Position numbers and translations under genes: made by a program. A stretch of DNA of 64,000 nt. It comes from an uncultured Enterobacteriaceae bacterium (GTDB lineage: Bacteria; Pseudomonadota; Gammaproteobacteria; Burkholderiales; SG8-39). The notes under the pieces were generated by a model. That model saw only the letters and a program-made list of their open reading frames with translations, had not been told where the DNA came from and made no database searches. Location of the stretch: assembly GCA_964612335.1 (NCBI GenBank), contig CAZTDU010000005.1, forward strand, positions 20,729 through 84,728, read 5' to 3'. This document shows positions 28,595 to 37,220 of the stretch, piece after piece; within the stretch, counting starts at the first letter, position 1; each line of letters opens with the position of its first letter.

Positions 28595-28744
28595 ATGTCG
28601 TTTCTGCGCGAAGTCTGGGCCTTCATGCGGGCCCGCAAGAAATACTGGCTGGTGCCCATCATCGTCATGATGGTGGTGTTCGGCGGCCTCGTCGTCCTGA
28701 GCAAGGGCTCGGCGGTGGCGCCGTTCATCTACACGATCTTCTGA
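28595..28744 (+). CDS. DUF5989 (SxtK-like) single-TM micro-protein
   Basis: 49 aa, MSFLREVWAFMRARKKYWLVPIIVMMVVFGGLVVLSKGSAVAPFIYTIF. This is the typical companion of NodU/CmcH carbamoyltransferases. Confidence 0.6.
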   Translation: MSFLREVWAFMRARKKYWLVPIIVMMVVFGGLVVLSKGSAVAPFIYTIF

Positions 28745-28755
28745 GGGCTGCCCGC

Positions 28756-30591
28756 TTGCGCATCCTCGGGCTATCAGCCTACTACCACGACAGCGCCGCG
28801 GCGCTGGTCGCCGACGGGCACATCGTCGCCGCTGCGCAGGAGGAGCGCTTCACGCGCAAGAAGCACGACTCGGGCTTCCCCGACAACGCCATCCGCTACT
28901 GCCTCGCCGAAGCCCGCGTATCGCTCGCGGACGTGGACCAGGTGGTGTTCTACGACAAGCCTTTCCTCAAGTTCGAGCGGCTGCTGGAGACCTACCTCGC
29001 GTTCGCGCCGAAGGGATTCCGCTCGTTTCGCATGGCCATCCCGGTGTGGCTGCGCGAGAAGCTGTTCCAGAAGGACCTGCTGGCAACCGAATTGCGCCGC
29101 TACGACCCGGCGTTCAAGGTCGAGGAACGGCTGCGTTTCTCGGAGCACCACCTGAGCCATGCGGCCAGCGCGTTCTTCGCCTCGCCGTACGAGGAAGCGC
29201 TGGTGCTCACCATGGACGGCGTGGGCGAGTGGGCGACCACCTCGGCGGCCATCGGCCGCGGCAACACGCTGGAGGTGATACGCGAGCTGCACTTCCCGCA
29301 TTCGCTCGGCTTGCTGTACTCGGCGTTCACCTACTACACCGGCTTCAAGGTGAATTCGGGCGAGTACAAGCTGATGGGCCTCGCGCCCTACGGCGAACCG
29401 AAGTACGTCGATCGCATCCTCGGCACGCTCATCGACCTCAAGCCCGACGGCACGTTCCGCCTCGACCAGCAGTACTTCGACTACTGCACCGGGCTGCGCA
29501 TGACGAACGCGAAGTTCGACGCGCTGTTCGGCCAGCCGGCGCGCAAGGCCGAGGAGCTGCTGACGCAGTTCCACATGGACATCGCGGCGTCGATCCAGGC
29601 GGTCACCGAAGAGGCAGTGCTCAGGCTGACGCGCTCGCTGCGCGCCGAGACCGGGCTGAAGCACCTGTGCCTCGCGGGCGGCGTGGCGCTGAACTGCGTC
29701 GCCAACGGCAAGGTGCTGCGCGACGGCGGCTTCGACGGCATCTGGATCCAGCCGGCGTCCGGCGACGCGGGCGGCGCGCTGGGCGCCGCGCTCGCGCTGA
29801 ACTACCTGCACCTGAAGCAGCCGCGCGCGCTGCCTTCGGGCGGCGATGCCATGGGCGGCAGCTACCTTGGCCCGCGCTTTGCGCAGGCCGACGTGGCGCA
29901 GCGGCTGCGCGCGGCCGGGGCGAAGTTCGAGGAACTGGGCGACGACGCGGTGCTGGACGCGACCGCGGACGCGCTCGCCGCCGAGAAGGCGGTGGGCTGG
30001 TTCCAGGGACGCATGGAGTTCGGCCCGCGCGCGCTAGGCGGGCGCTCGATCCTTGGCGATCCGCGCTCGCCGACGATGCAGAAGCTGCTGAACCTGAAGG
30101 TCAAGTACCGGGAGAGCTTCCGCCCGTTCGCGCCGTCCGTGCTGCGCGAGGACGTGGCCGACTGGTTCGAGCTGGACGGCGACAGCCCCTACATGCTGCT
30201 GGTGGCGGACGTGGTGAAGCGCCGCCGACGCGAGATGACCGACGCCGAGAAGGCGCTGTTCGGCATCGACAAGCTGAACGTGCCGCGCTCCGACATCCCG
30301 GCGGTCACGCACGTGGACTATTCCGCCCGCGTGCAGACGGTGCACGCGGACACCAACCCGCGCTACCACGCGCTGATCGGCCGCTTCAAGGCGCGCACCG
30401 GGTGCCCGGTGATCGTGAACACCAGCTTCAACGTCCGCGGCGAGCCTATCGTCTGCACGCCCGAAGACGCGTTCCGCTGTTTCATGGGCTCGGAGATCGA
30501 GGTGCTGGTGGTGGAGAACTGCTTCCTGCGCAAGGAAGACCAGGACCCCGCGCTGAAGCTCGACTACAAGAACGCCTTCGAGCTCGACTGA
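28756..30591 (+). CDS. NodU/CmcH-family O-carbamoyltransferase
   Basis: TTG start. RILGLSAYYHDSAAALVADGHIVAAAQEERFTRKKHD, HHLSHAASAF, GGVALNCVANG, and the C-terminal YrdC/Kae1-like half VNTSFNVRGEPIV. Confidence 0.9.
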   Translation: MRILGLSAYYHDSAAALVADGHIVAAAQEERFTRKKHDSGFPDNAIRYCLAEARVSLADVDQVVFYDKPFLKFERLLETYLAFAPKGFRSFRMAIPVWLREKLFQKDLLATELRRYDPAFKVEERLRFSEHHLSHAASAFFASPYEEALVLTMDGVGEWATTSAAIGRGNTLEVIRELHFPHSLGLLYSAFTYYTGFKVNSGEYKLMGLAPYGEPKYVDRILGTLIDLKPDGTFRLDQQYFDYCTGLRMTNAKFDALFGQPARKAEELLTQFHMDIAASIQAVTEEAVLRLTRSLRAETGLKHLCLAGGVALNCVANGKVLRDGGFDGIWIQPASGDAGGALGAALALNYLHLKQPRALPSGGDAMGGSYLGPRFAQADVAQRLRAAGAKFEELGDDAVLDATADALAAEKAVGWFQGRMEFGPRALGGRSILGDPRSPTMQKLLNLKVKYRESFRPFAPSVLREDVADWFELDGDSPYMLLVADVVKRRRREMTDAEKALFGIDKLNVPRSDIPAVTHVDYSARVQTVHADTNPRYHALIGRFKARTGCPVIVNTSFNVRGEPIVCTPEDAFRCFMGSEIEVLVVENCFLRKEDQDPALKLDYKNAFELD

Positions 30592-30608
30592 GCGCCAGGG
30601 GCCGCGGG

Positions 30609-31757
30609 CTAGGCAGCCTCGCCCAGCCGGTTCCTGACGAGCGCGAACAGCTCCTCGCGCGTAGGTCGCCGCCTCGGGTCCCCGGACCGGTACAGGGACT
30701 CCAGCGGCTTGAACTCGACGGCGAAGCCATGGCGGTAGTTGCGGCGATCCCAGGCGCCGAAGAACAGCGGGTGCGTCTCCTTCACGAGCAGGATGGTGTT
30801 GAGGGCGAACTGCCTGCGGTCGAACCCCATCGCACGGAACGCATCGGTCTGGCCGGCCAGGCCCTCCGGCGTCACGTTCTCGTGCGCCAGCGCGCACAGC
30901 ACCGGGGCCAGCCGGAACTCGTGCAGTGCATCGAATATCTGTTCGAGGTTCGAATGGCCGGGAAACCCGGTGCACTGGACGACGAACACCGCGTCGTCCT
31001 TCATCGTCTGCCCGAAGATCGTCAGGTAGTCGTGCAACGCGGGCCGCGAGAACTCGGACAGGTTGGCGTTCGACGTCACCACGTCGAACTTCCTGTCGAG
31101 CAGGGCCTTCAGCTTCCACCACGGGAAGTGCAGGCATTTCGGACTCGGGAGGTCCGCCTCCTCGACCAGCAAAGGGGGCTCCACGTCCTTGCGCACATGG
31201 AGCGCCTGGTCCCGCGGCGACTCGTCGAGCACGAGGTCCCGGAAGCGGTGGCCGAACAGGTAGGAATCGATCATGCTCTGCAGGACGTAGAAGCTCTCGC
31301 AGGCCTCCACCTGGCTGTACTCCACGAGCAGCGGGTTCGGCGCCAGGAAGAACGGCAGGTATCCGCAACCGGCACCGACCTCGAGGATGGAACCGATCGT
31401 CGGCTTCACTGCGGCGATCTTCCTGTAGAGCATCAGCGCGGAGGCCATCGTGGAAACCGGCACGAGGGGCTGCCGTCGCGGCAGCCGGGCGCGCTGGAAG
31501 AGCACCGACTGCACGAGGGCGCGCACGAGCAGCTCGAGATCGTCTTCCGACAGGCCTCCTGCTTCCTCGAGGAAGCGCGCGTAACGGTTCTCCTGCATGG
31601 TGTCGATCAGCTGGCCCACCTCGTGGATCGATTCGATGCGGACCGGGAAGCCGATCCGTGCGAAGACGTCGACCTGGTGCGACTCGGCGATCCACCAGCT
31701 GGGGATCGCCGAGCGGGCGATCCTCTCGCTCAGCCGATAGTCCTGGATCTCGATCAT
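30609..31757 (-). CDS. Methyltransferase-fold protein, paralogous to the C-terminal domain of 24489..27062
   Basis: Starts at MIEIQDYRL. Motif I is ILEVGAGCGYL. HFPWWKL and VVTSNANLSEFS parallel HLPWWQY and VYSNSNLGEMS in the 857-aa protein. Confidence 0.6.
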   Translation of the reverse strand: MIEIQDYRLSERIARSAIPSWWIAESHQVDVFARIGFPVRIESIHEVGQLIDTMQENRYARFLEEAGGLSEDDLELLVRALVQSVLFQRARLPRRQPLVPVSTMASALMLYRKIAAVKPTIGSILEVGAGCGYLPFFLAPNPLLVEYSQVEACESFYVLQSMIDSYLFGHRFRDLVLDESPRDQALHVRKDVEPPLLVEEADLPSPKCLHFPWWKLKALLDRKFDVVTSNANLSEFSRPALHDYLTIFGQTMKDDAVFVVQCTGFPGHSNLEQIFDALHEFRLAPVLCALAHENVTPEGLAGQTDAFRAMGFDRRQFALNTILLVKETHPLFFGAWDRRNYRHGFAVEFKPLESLYRSGDPRRRPTREELFALVRNRLGEAA

Positions 31758-33433
31758 CCCGCAGTCGCTTCCAGTTTCGGGGCGCCGGACATGCCGCGCC
31801 CCGACGCGGCGAGGCCGCGTCGGAGTGCGGTTACGTAAGGCCCCTCCGGGATGCGAGGGAACAGGTTGGCCTTGCTCATGACCGCGGCATCGGCGGCCTC
31901 CATCGCTCCGCGGATGTCCCCCTTGCGCCAGCGCAGCAGGGCCATCCGCCGGGCGACCACGGCGTTCTCCTCGACCTGCATCGTCCTGCCGTACATGGAC
32001 AGCGCCTGCTCCGGGTTTCCCGCGCGTTCGTCGCGGCGGCCGACGATCTCGCCGGAGCGGACCAGCGCTTCCTTCGCGAACCGGTCGTCCGCCGCCGCCG
32101 CGGGCAGCGCCGGGTCGTCGGCAACCGTCCTCAGCAGTGCGATGCTCCTGTCGCGTTCGCCTGCCAGGTACAGGTACCACCCAGCCTCGAAGCGCAGCAG
32201 GGGCCAGGCCGATCCTGCGGCTTCGTCCAGGTCCGGCGAGCCGAGGGATTCCCGCGCGCCAGCCAGGAACTCCACCAAGGGCGCCGAGCCTGCATCGCAG
32301 CCGAGTTCGCGGTAGAAGCGCCGGACGATCCTGTCGATAGTCGCGACGACGTTGATGGCTACCAGCCGGTCATAGGCGTCCTGCGCGGCGCCGCTCGGCG
32401 CGACGAGCAGGCTTCGCGCGCCGGCGATGTCGGCGGACCGATGCTCCTGATCCGCGAGCAGGCGACGGACGTGCTCGCGGAGCCGGTGGGAATCCGGGAG
32501 GGAACCCAGCGCGCCTTCGGCGGCCGCCACCGCCGCCATTGCGCCCCCGGTGCGCACCAGCGCGTCGACCCAGTGAACGAGGCAGGCGACGCCCGGCACG
32601 CTTTCGCCACTGGCCACGAGGTGGCGCGCCAGCGCATCGCCCGCGTCGTTCAGCCGATGCGCGCCGCGCAGCCGTTGCAGGATCGTTGCGAGACTGGCGA
32701 CCAGCGCATCGCTCGCCGGTTCTTCGTCGAGGGCGCCAAGGCAAATGTCGAGCGCGTCGGCGTGCCGCCGCTCCGCGATCCGCAGGTGGATCAGGCCGAT
32801 CCGGACCGCGGTGGATTCCGGGACCAGCGCCTCGCAGCGCTGCAGACGCTCGGCGGCCGCCGCGAGAGAACCCGCTGCGATCATCTCTTCCACGCGGCGG
32901 ACGAACACCGGCATCAGCTCGGCGGCAGCTGCGCGCTTCGCGGCTGCCCGCGTCGCATCGCTGCGACGCGGGTCGAGCCGCCGCAATGCATCATCGTGCC
33001 GGTGATATAGCGCTGGGTTCAACAGGAGCTCGTTCAGGCTCGGCCGGACCTGGCTGCACGAAGGATCCAGCTCCAGGACGAGCAGGCCGGTATCGAGCGC
33101 GTCGTCGTGGAGCTGCAGGTGCGCTTCGATCTGCAGCTTCGTAAGTAGCGCCTGCAGGTCTCCCGGCACGAGCCCGAGGTATTCCGAGAGCTCGCGCAGC
33201 GCTTCTTCGTGCCGATGCTCCGCTGCCAGCCGGCTTGCGCTGGCGAACAGCGCCGAGGCCCGCGCGGCAAGGGGGTTATCGCGACGAAAACCCAGCGAAC
33301 GAAGAAGCCGCGACGCAACCGATCGCGCGCTGGCATTTCGCATGCGCGACCATATGCGCCGGTAGGGTCGTGCCGCAGCCTGCAACGCGATCTCCGTTCG
33401 TGGAACCAGGGGGGATGCGCCGATCCTCTGCAT
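31754..33433 (-). CDS. Helical-repeat (TPR-like) protein, unknown function
   Basis: 559-aa ORF, Ala/Leu/Arg-rich and helical. ATGA-coupled to the downstream methyltransferase-fold gene. The start is uncertain (alternative ATG 33343). I recognise no catalytic motif. Confidence 0.45.
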   Translation of the reverse strand: MQRIGASPLVPRTEIALQAAARPYRRIWSRMRNASARSVASRLLRSLGFRRDNPLAARASALFASASRLAAEHRHEEALRELSEYLGLVPGDLQALLTKLQIEAHLQLHDDALDTGLLVLELDPSCSQVRPSLNELLLNPALYHRHDDALRRLDPRRSDATRAAAKRAAAAELMPVFVRRVEEMIAAGSLAAAAERLQRCEALVPESTAVRIGLIHLRIAERRHADALDICLGALDEEPASDALVASLATILQRLRGAHRLNDAGDALARHLVASGESVPGVACLVHWVDALVRTGGAMAAVAAAEGALGSLPDSHRLREHVRRLLADQEHRSADIAGARSLLVAPSGAAQDAYDRLVAINVVATIDRIVRRFYRELGCDAGSAPLVEFLAGARESLGSPDLDEAAGSAWPLLRFEAGWYLYLAGERDRSIALLRTVADDPALPAAAADDRFAKEALVRSGEIVGRRDERAGNPEQALSMYGRTMQVEENAVVARRMALLRWRKGDIRGAMEAADAAVMSKANLFPRIPEGPYVTALRRGLAASGRGMSGAPKLEATAG

Positions 33434-33494
33434 CGGCGCGTGCTAGAGTCCATGGTCCAACAACCGCCTTGACCTTGTCAAACGTGACGCTCGC
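33434..33494. promoter_or_regulatory. Divergent intergenic region with 13-bp palindrome TTGAC-CTT-GTCAA
   Basis: A 61-bp gap between divergent genes. A perfect inverted repeat lies at 33469-33481, 14 nt upstream of ATG 33495. Confidence 0.3.
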
Positions 33495-35000
33495 ATGTCG
33501 GTACCCGCACGGGACACCAGCGTTCGCCGGAGAACGATCGGCCTGATCTGCTCGGTCTGGGGCGACGAGTTCACCGGCTTCTTCTGCCGGTACGTGATTC
33601 CAACCATTCTCGCCAGGCAGAACCTGCCATGGCTCGCCGAGCACCACGACGTCGGCCTGCTGCTCTACACGACCGCCGCCGACCTCGCGACGATGGAAGA
33701 AGACCCGGGATTCCAGGAGGTGAAGCGCCTCGCGGCCGTGCGCTGCGTCGGCATCGAGTCGTTCGTCGCGGGTGCGCGCAACCACTGGGCCTACTGGCAA
33801 CACGGCGTGGCGGAGTTCAAGGATGACTACGAGGACTTCATCCTGCTGATCCCGGATTGCCTGTACGCGAACGATTGCCTGCGTCGGGTCGCGACGGCGC
33901 TCGAGACCAGCAAGGTCGTCTACTACGCCGTTCCGCAGGTCTGCCGCGAGCTGGTCGTGGGGCAACTGGAACGATCGACCGTCCGCGCACCGGGCGATCC
34001 GGCGATCCGGCTGCTCGAGCTGTCCGTCCGCGACCTGTCGGAGATCTTCGTCAGGTACATCAACCCCAAGCACGCCGCGGCGGTTCGCCGCCCCGACTTC
34101 TTCCTGACACATCCGGAGTACGTCCTGGACGTCGGCCCGGGAAGCGTGGGGATCATCGAGCAGATCTCGCACCCGCTTGCGCTGCGCAGCACCTTGGGCA
34201 GCATCACGCAATCGTTCAGCGCCGCGGACGAGCGCCAGGATGCCGCGCACCTGGGCCTGCTCGGACTCGGCTGCGAGTTCACCCTGAAGTTCATCGAGCA
34301 GTACTACCGATGGCCCGCCGAATCGATGTCGGCGTCGCGCTTCCCCAGCCTCGGCAGCTGGTGCCATACGTTTCTGGATCGCGGCATGACGCGCTATGCG
34401 CACACACAGGCGCGAGTGACGTTGCGCGGATCGGAAGTCGTCGCGACCGAGCGGCTGCCGTCGACGGGTCGGCGCAATCGCTACGCCTGTATAGCGCACT
34501 CCGTGCTCCAGTCGCAGTTCGCGGTCTTCGAGTTCGCCAACGCGGCAGGCAACGCGGATGCGCGACGCTGCATCGCGCTGGCGATGTGCCTGCCCGGGCT
34601 GCGCCGGCGGATCATGGAACTCGGCGAGCTCGTCACCGTGCTGATCCCCGCGCCGCGCGACCTGACCGCGATGCTGGGCGCATTGGAGAAAGCCGGCTCG
34701 CCCGGTGCCTTGGTCGAGTTCTGCCTGATGCACGTCCTGCCCGGCCACCTGCGGCTCCGGCGCGGGGAAACGTTCCGCCTCTGGCCGGCCGACGCTGCCT
34801 CGCGCCGCGTGCAGCACGTTCAGCTGGTCTCCCCCGCGGTTCCCGATCCCCGCATGTCGGTGGCGAGCGGAACGGTGCGCTCGTACGCCGCGCGCGTCAG
34901 CGCGCATGCCATCGTCTACGAGGTGGACCTGGACTACGGGAACGTCGATGCGATGCTGGCGCGCCTGGATCGGCGTCCGGCCGCACAGCGTCCTCACTGA
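33495..35000 (+). CDS. Uncharacterised protein: VWG(D) N-terminal domain + FAS1-like C-terminal domain (paralogue 3)
   Basis: IGLICSVWGDEF..IPTILARQNLPWL..LLLYTT..ILLIPDCLYANDC, and the C-terminal VTVLIPAPRDLTAML..FCLMHVLPGHL. The only plus-strand member of the family. Confidence 0.6.
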   Translation: MSVPARDTSVRRRTIGLICSVWGDEFTGFFCRYVIPTILARQNLPWLAEHHDVGLLLYTTAADLATMEEDPGFQEVKRLAAVRCVGIESFVAGARNHWAYWQHGVAEFKDDYEDFILLIPDCLYANDCLRRVATALETSKVVYYAVPQVCRELVVGQLERSTVRAPGDPAIRLLELSVRDLSEIFVRYINPKHAAAVRRPDFFLTHPEYVLDVGPGSVGIIEQISHPLALRSTLGSITQSFSAADERQDAAHLGLLGLGCEFTLKFIEQYYRWPAESMSASRFPSLGSWCHTFLDRGMTRYAHTQARVTLRGSEVVATERLPSTGRRNRYACIAHSVLQSQFAVFEFANAAGNADARRCIALAMCLPGLRRRIMELGELVTVLIPAPRDLTAMLGALEKAGSPGALVEFCLMHVLPGHLRLRRGETFRLWPADAASRRVQHVQLVSPAVPDPRMSVASGTVRSYAARVSAHAIVYEVDLDYGNVDAMLARLDRRPAAQRPH

Positions 35001-35007
35001 GCGTGCT

Positions 35008-35877
35008 TCAGGCGTTCTCGGCGACGAACTTGCGCACCATGGCGCCGATCTCCATCGGCGCGTAGCCATGGCGCTCGCTGGCTCGCGCGCTGGAGATCAC
35101 GTAGCCGCGCCGCGCGGGCCCGCCCCGCAGCACCCGCGAACCCCGCCCGCCCGCCTGCGCGAGCATCTGCGCGACCTCGCCGGCGGGGAGCTGGCCGGCG
35201 GCACCGAGCGGGAAGGCGTCGAATCCATCCCACCCGGCTACGAGCACGCGATCGATGAAGCACGCGAGGTCGTCCACGTGCACCGCGTTGTTGAACGGGG
35301 CATCCGGGTCGGCCACGGTGATGTCCCGGCCCTCGCGCGCCGCGGCAAGCGAGGTGGTCAGCCAGTTGCGCACCGAGCCGGGCCCAAGCACGCCCGGCAG
35401 CCGCAGCGCGAGCGCGCGCAGGCCGCGTGTCGCCTCCTCCTCCAGCATCAGCTCGCACAGGCGCTTGCTGACGCCGTACGCGTCCGGGTCGACGATGGGC
35501 GTGCGTTCGTCCACCACCGGGACGTCGATCCTCCCATGCACCGACAGGCTGGAGAAGAGTACGAAGCTGCGCGCGCCGACGCGCCTGGCGGCCGCGAGCA
35601 GGTTGCGCGTCGCGAGCACGTTGTCGCGCACCATGTCGTCGACCCCGACGCCCGGCCAGGCAGAGCGCGCGGCGGCGTGCACCACCGCGTCCAGGGCGCC
35701 CGGCAGCTCGATGCCGGCGGCGAGGTCAAGCGAGATGCAGCCGAAGGGCGCGCCTTCGGCAAGGCGCGACGCGCCTGCCGGGCCGATGACCGCGGTGACC
35801 GCGTGCCCCGCGCGCGCGAGCGCATGCGCGAGATGGCGCCCGCTGAACCCGCTCGCCCCTGTGACGAGGATGCGCAT
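35008..35877 (-). CDS. NAD-dependent epimerase/dehydratase-family SDR
   Basis: MRILVTGASGFSGRHL (Rossmann), YGVSK (YxxxK), and FNNAVHVDDLA. Paralogous to 37217..38086. Confidence 0.8.
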   Translation of the reverse strand: MRILVTGASGFSGRHLAHALARAGHAVTAVIGPAGASRLAEGAPFGCISLDLAAGIELPGALDAVVHAAARSAWPGVGVDDMVRDNVLATRNLLAAARRVGARSFVLFSSLSVHGRIDVPVVDERTPIVDPDAYGVSKRLCELMLEEEATRGLRALALRLPGVLGPGSVRNWLTTSLAAAREGRDITVADPDAPFNNAVHVDDLACFIDRVLVAGWDGFDAFPLGAAGQLPAGEVAQMLAQAGGRGSRVLRGGPARRGYVISSARASERHGYAPMEIGAMVRKFVAENA

Positions 35878-35885
35878 CGCGCGCC

Positions 35886-37220
35886 TCAGCGCCCCTGCCG
35901 CAGCTCGCGGGCAAGCCGCTCAGCCACCAGCAGGTTCCCGGCCCCGGACATGTGTCCGAAACTGGTGCCGTCGAACGACACCCAGAGGCCCGTGTATTCG
36001 TCGAAGCCGCGGCGGCGCGCGGCGACCAGGTCGACCCACAGGTCCACCGCGCGGATGCCCGCCTCGCGCGCGCACCCCAGCACGCGCACCGCGTGCGAGT
36101 GGCGCTCGATCCGGTCATGCGACGGGTGGCCGGGATACTGCATCAGGAAGAGCATGCGCGCGCCGCGCGCATCGGCCAAGCGCTTGAGCCGCCGGAGCAG
36201 CAGGCAGGAGACTTCGACCGGGTCGTTGTCGACGCGCACGTAGGCGACGCTCGCGCGCCGCCACCAGTCGGACACGCCGAGCCTGTCGGTCGCCCACTGG
36301 AACAGGTACGAGTAGCTCGGCGCGAGCAGGTACGCGGGCGTCTCCGCGACGGTGCCGCGGTACAGCGGCACCGGGTTGTGATGGTGGACGAGCGCGCCGT
36401 CCGCCACCGTGAAGTAGGGCTTGTTCGCGCCGCCGTAGACGCGGAAGCCCGCGCGCCCGATGTCGTCGTCGAGGAACGAGACGATCACCAGCTTGGGCGC
36501 GAACTCATCCAGCAGCTGCTCCGCGCGCAGCACGATCTGGTCGGCACCCCAGCCACCGGTGGCGGCGTTGATCACCTGCTCGCCCAGCAGCCGCTCGAGG
36601 TGTGCCGGCCAGGCGTGACGGTCGCCGACTTCCGAGCCGGCGGTAAAGCTGTCGCCGACCGCCAGGATCCCGCCCGGCGCGGGCTGCCGGCCGTCCGGCG
36701 CACTGAGCCGCACGCCGCGCCGCCCGGTCGTGAACGAGCCTTCCGCGCTGTCCGGGCTTAGCCGCTGGCCTTCGCGCAGCACCCAGCCGAGCAACGGATC
36801 GTAGGCGTTCAGCGTCTGCGTGGTCAGCAGCGCGTTGCGCTCCGCGAGGAAGTTCTGCCAGGAGAACACCGGTATGCCGTGTGCGAGCCGCAGCCCCGCC
36901 TCCAGCGCGCCAAGGCTCAGCAGCACGGAACCCAGTACCAGGGCGAGGTTCGCCAGCACCGCCGCCACGCGCCCGGGCGCCGCGTCGAGCGCCCAGAACA
37001 GCGCGGCGAGCGCGAGGCCGCAGAGCGCGGCCGCCAGCGCCGCGAAGAAGAACGCGCGGCGCGCGAGGCCGAACAGCGCGTGGCTCGGGAAGTTCTCGCC
37101 GGTGCCCAGGCCGAGGATCGGCGCGGCGGCGGCGAACGCGGCAAGGGCGAACGCGAGTGCCGCGAAGCACAGCGCCGCGATGCGCGGCAGCCGCCAGCCC
37201 TTCGCCGGTCGCGCGCTCAT
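35886..37220 (-). CDS. Membrane-anchored SGNH/GDSL hydrolase (subfamily A)
   Basis: Starts at MSARPAKGW with several N-terminal TM helices. Block I is ILAVGDSFTAGSEV, followed by NAATGGWGADQ. Paralogous to 46385..47488. Confidence 0.7.
   Translation of the reverse strand: MSARPAKGWRLPRIAALCFAALAFALAAFAAAAPILGLGTGENFPSHALFGLARRAFFFAALAAALCGLALAALFWALDAAPGRVAAVLANLALVLGSVLLSLGALEAGLRLAHGIPVFSWQNFLAERNALLTTQTLNAYDPLLGWVLREGQRLSPDSAEGSFTTGRRGVRLSAPDGRQPAPGGILAVGDSFTAGSEVGDRHAWPAHLERLLGEQVINAATGGWGADQIVLRAEQLLDEFAPKLVIVSFLDDDIGRAGFRVYGGANKPYFTVADGALVHHHNPVPLYRGTVAETPAYLLAPSYSYLFQWATDRLGVSDWWRRASVAYVRVDNDPVEVSCLLLRRLKRLADARGARMLFLMQYPGHPSHDRIERHSHAVRVLGCAREAGIRAVDLWVDLVAARRRGFDEYTGLWVSFDGTSFGHMSGAGNLLVAERLARELRQGR

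Noticed and set aside
30592-30608. A possible bidirectional terminator between the convergent carbamoyltransferase and methyltransferase-fold genes. The same applies to 17778-17791 and 35001-35007.
   Set aside because: The gaps are only 7-17 nt and contain no stable stem-loop that I can identify.
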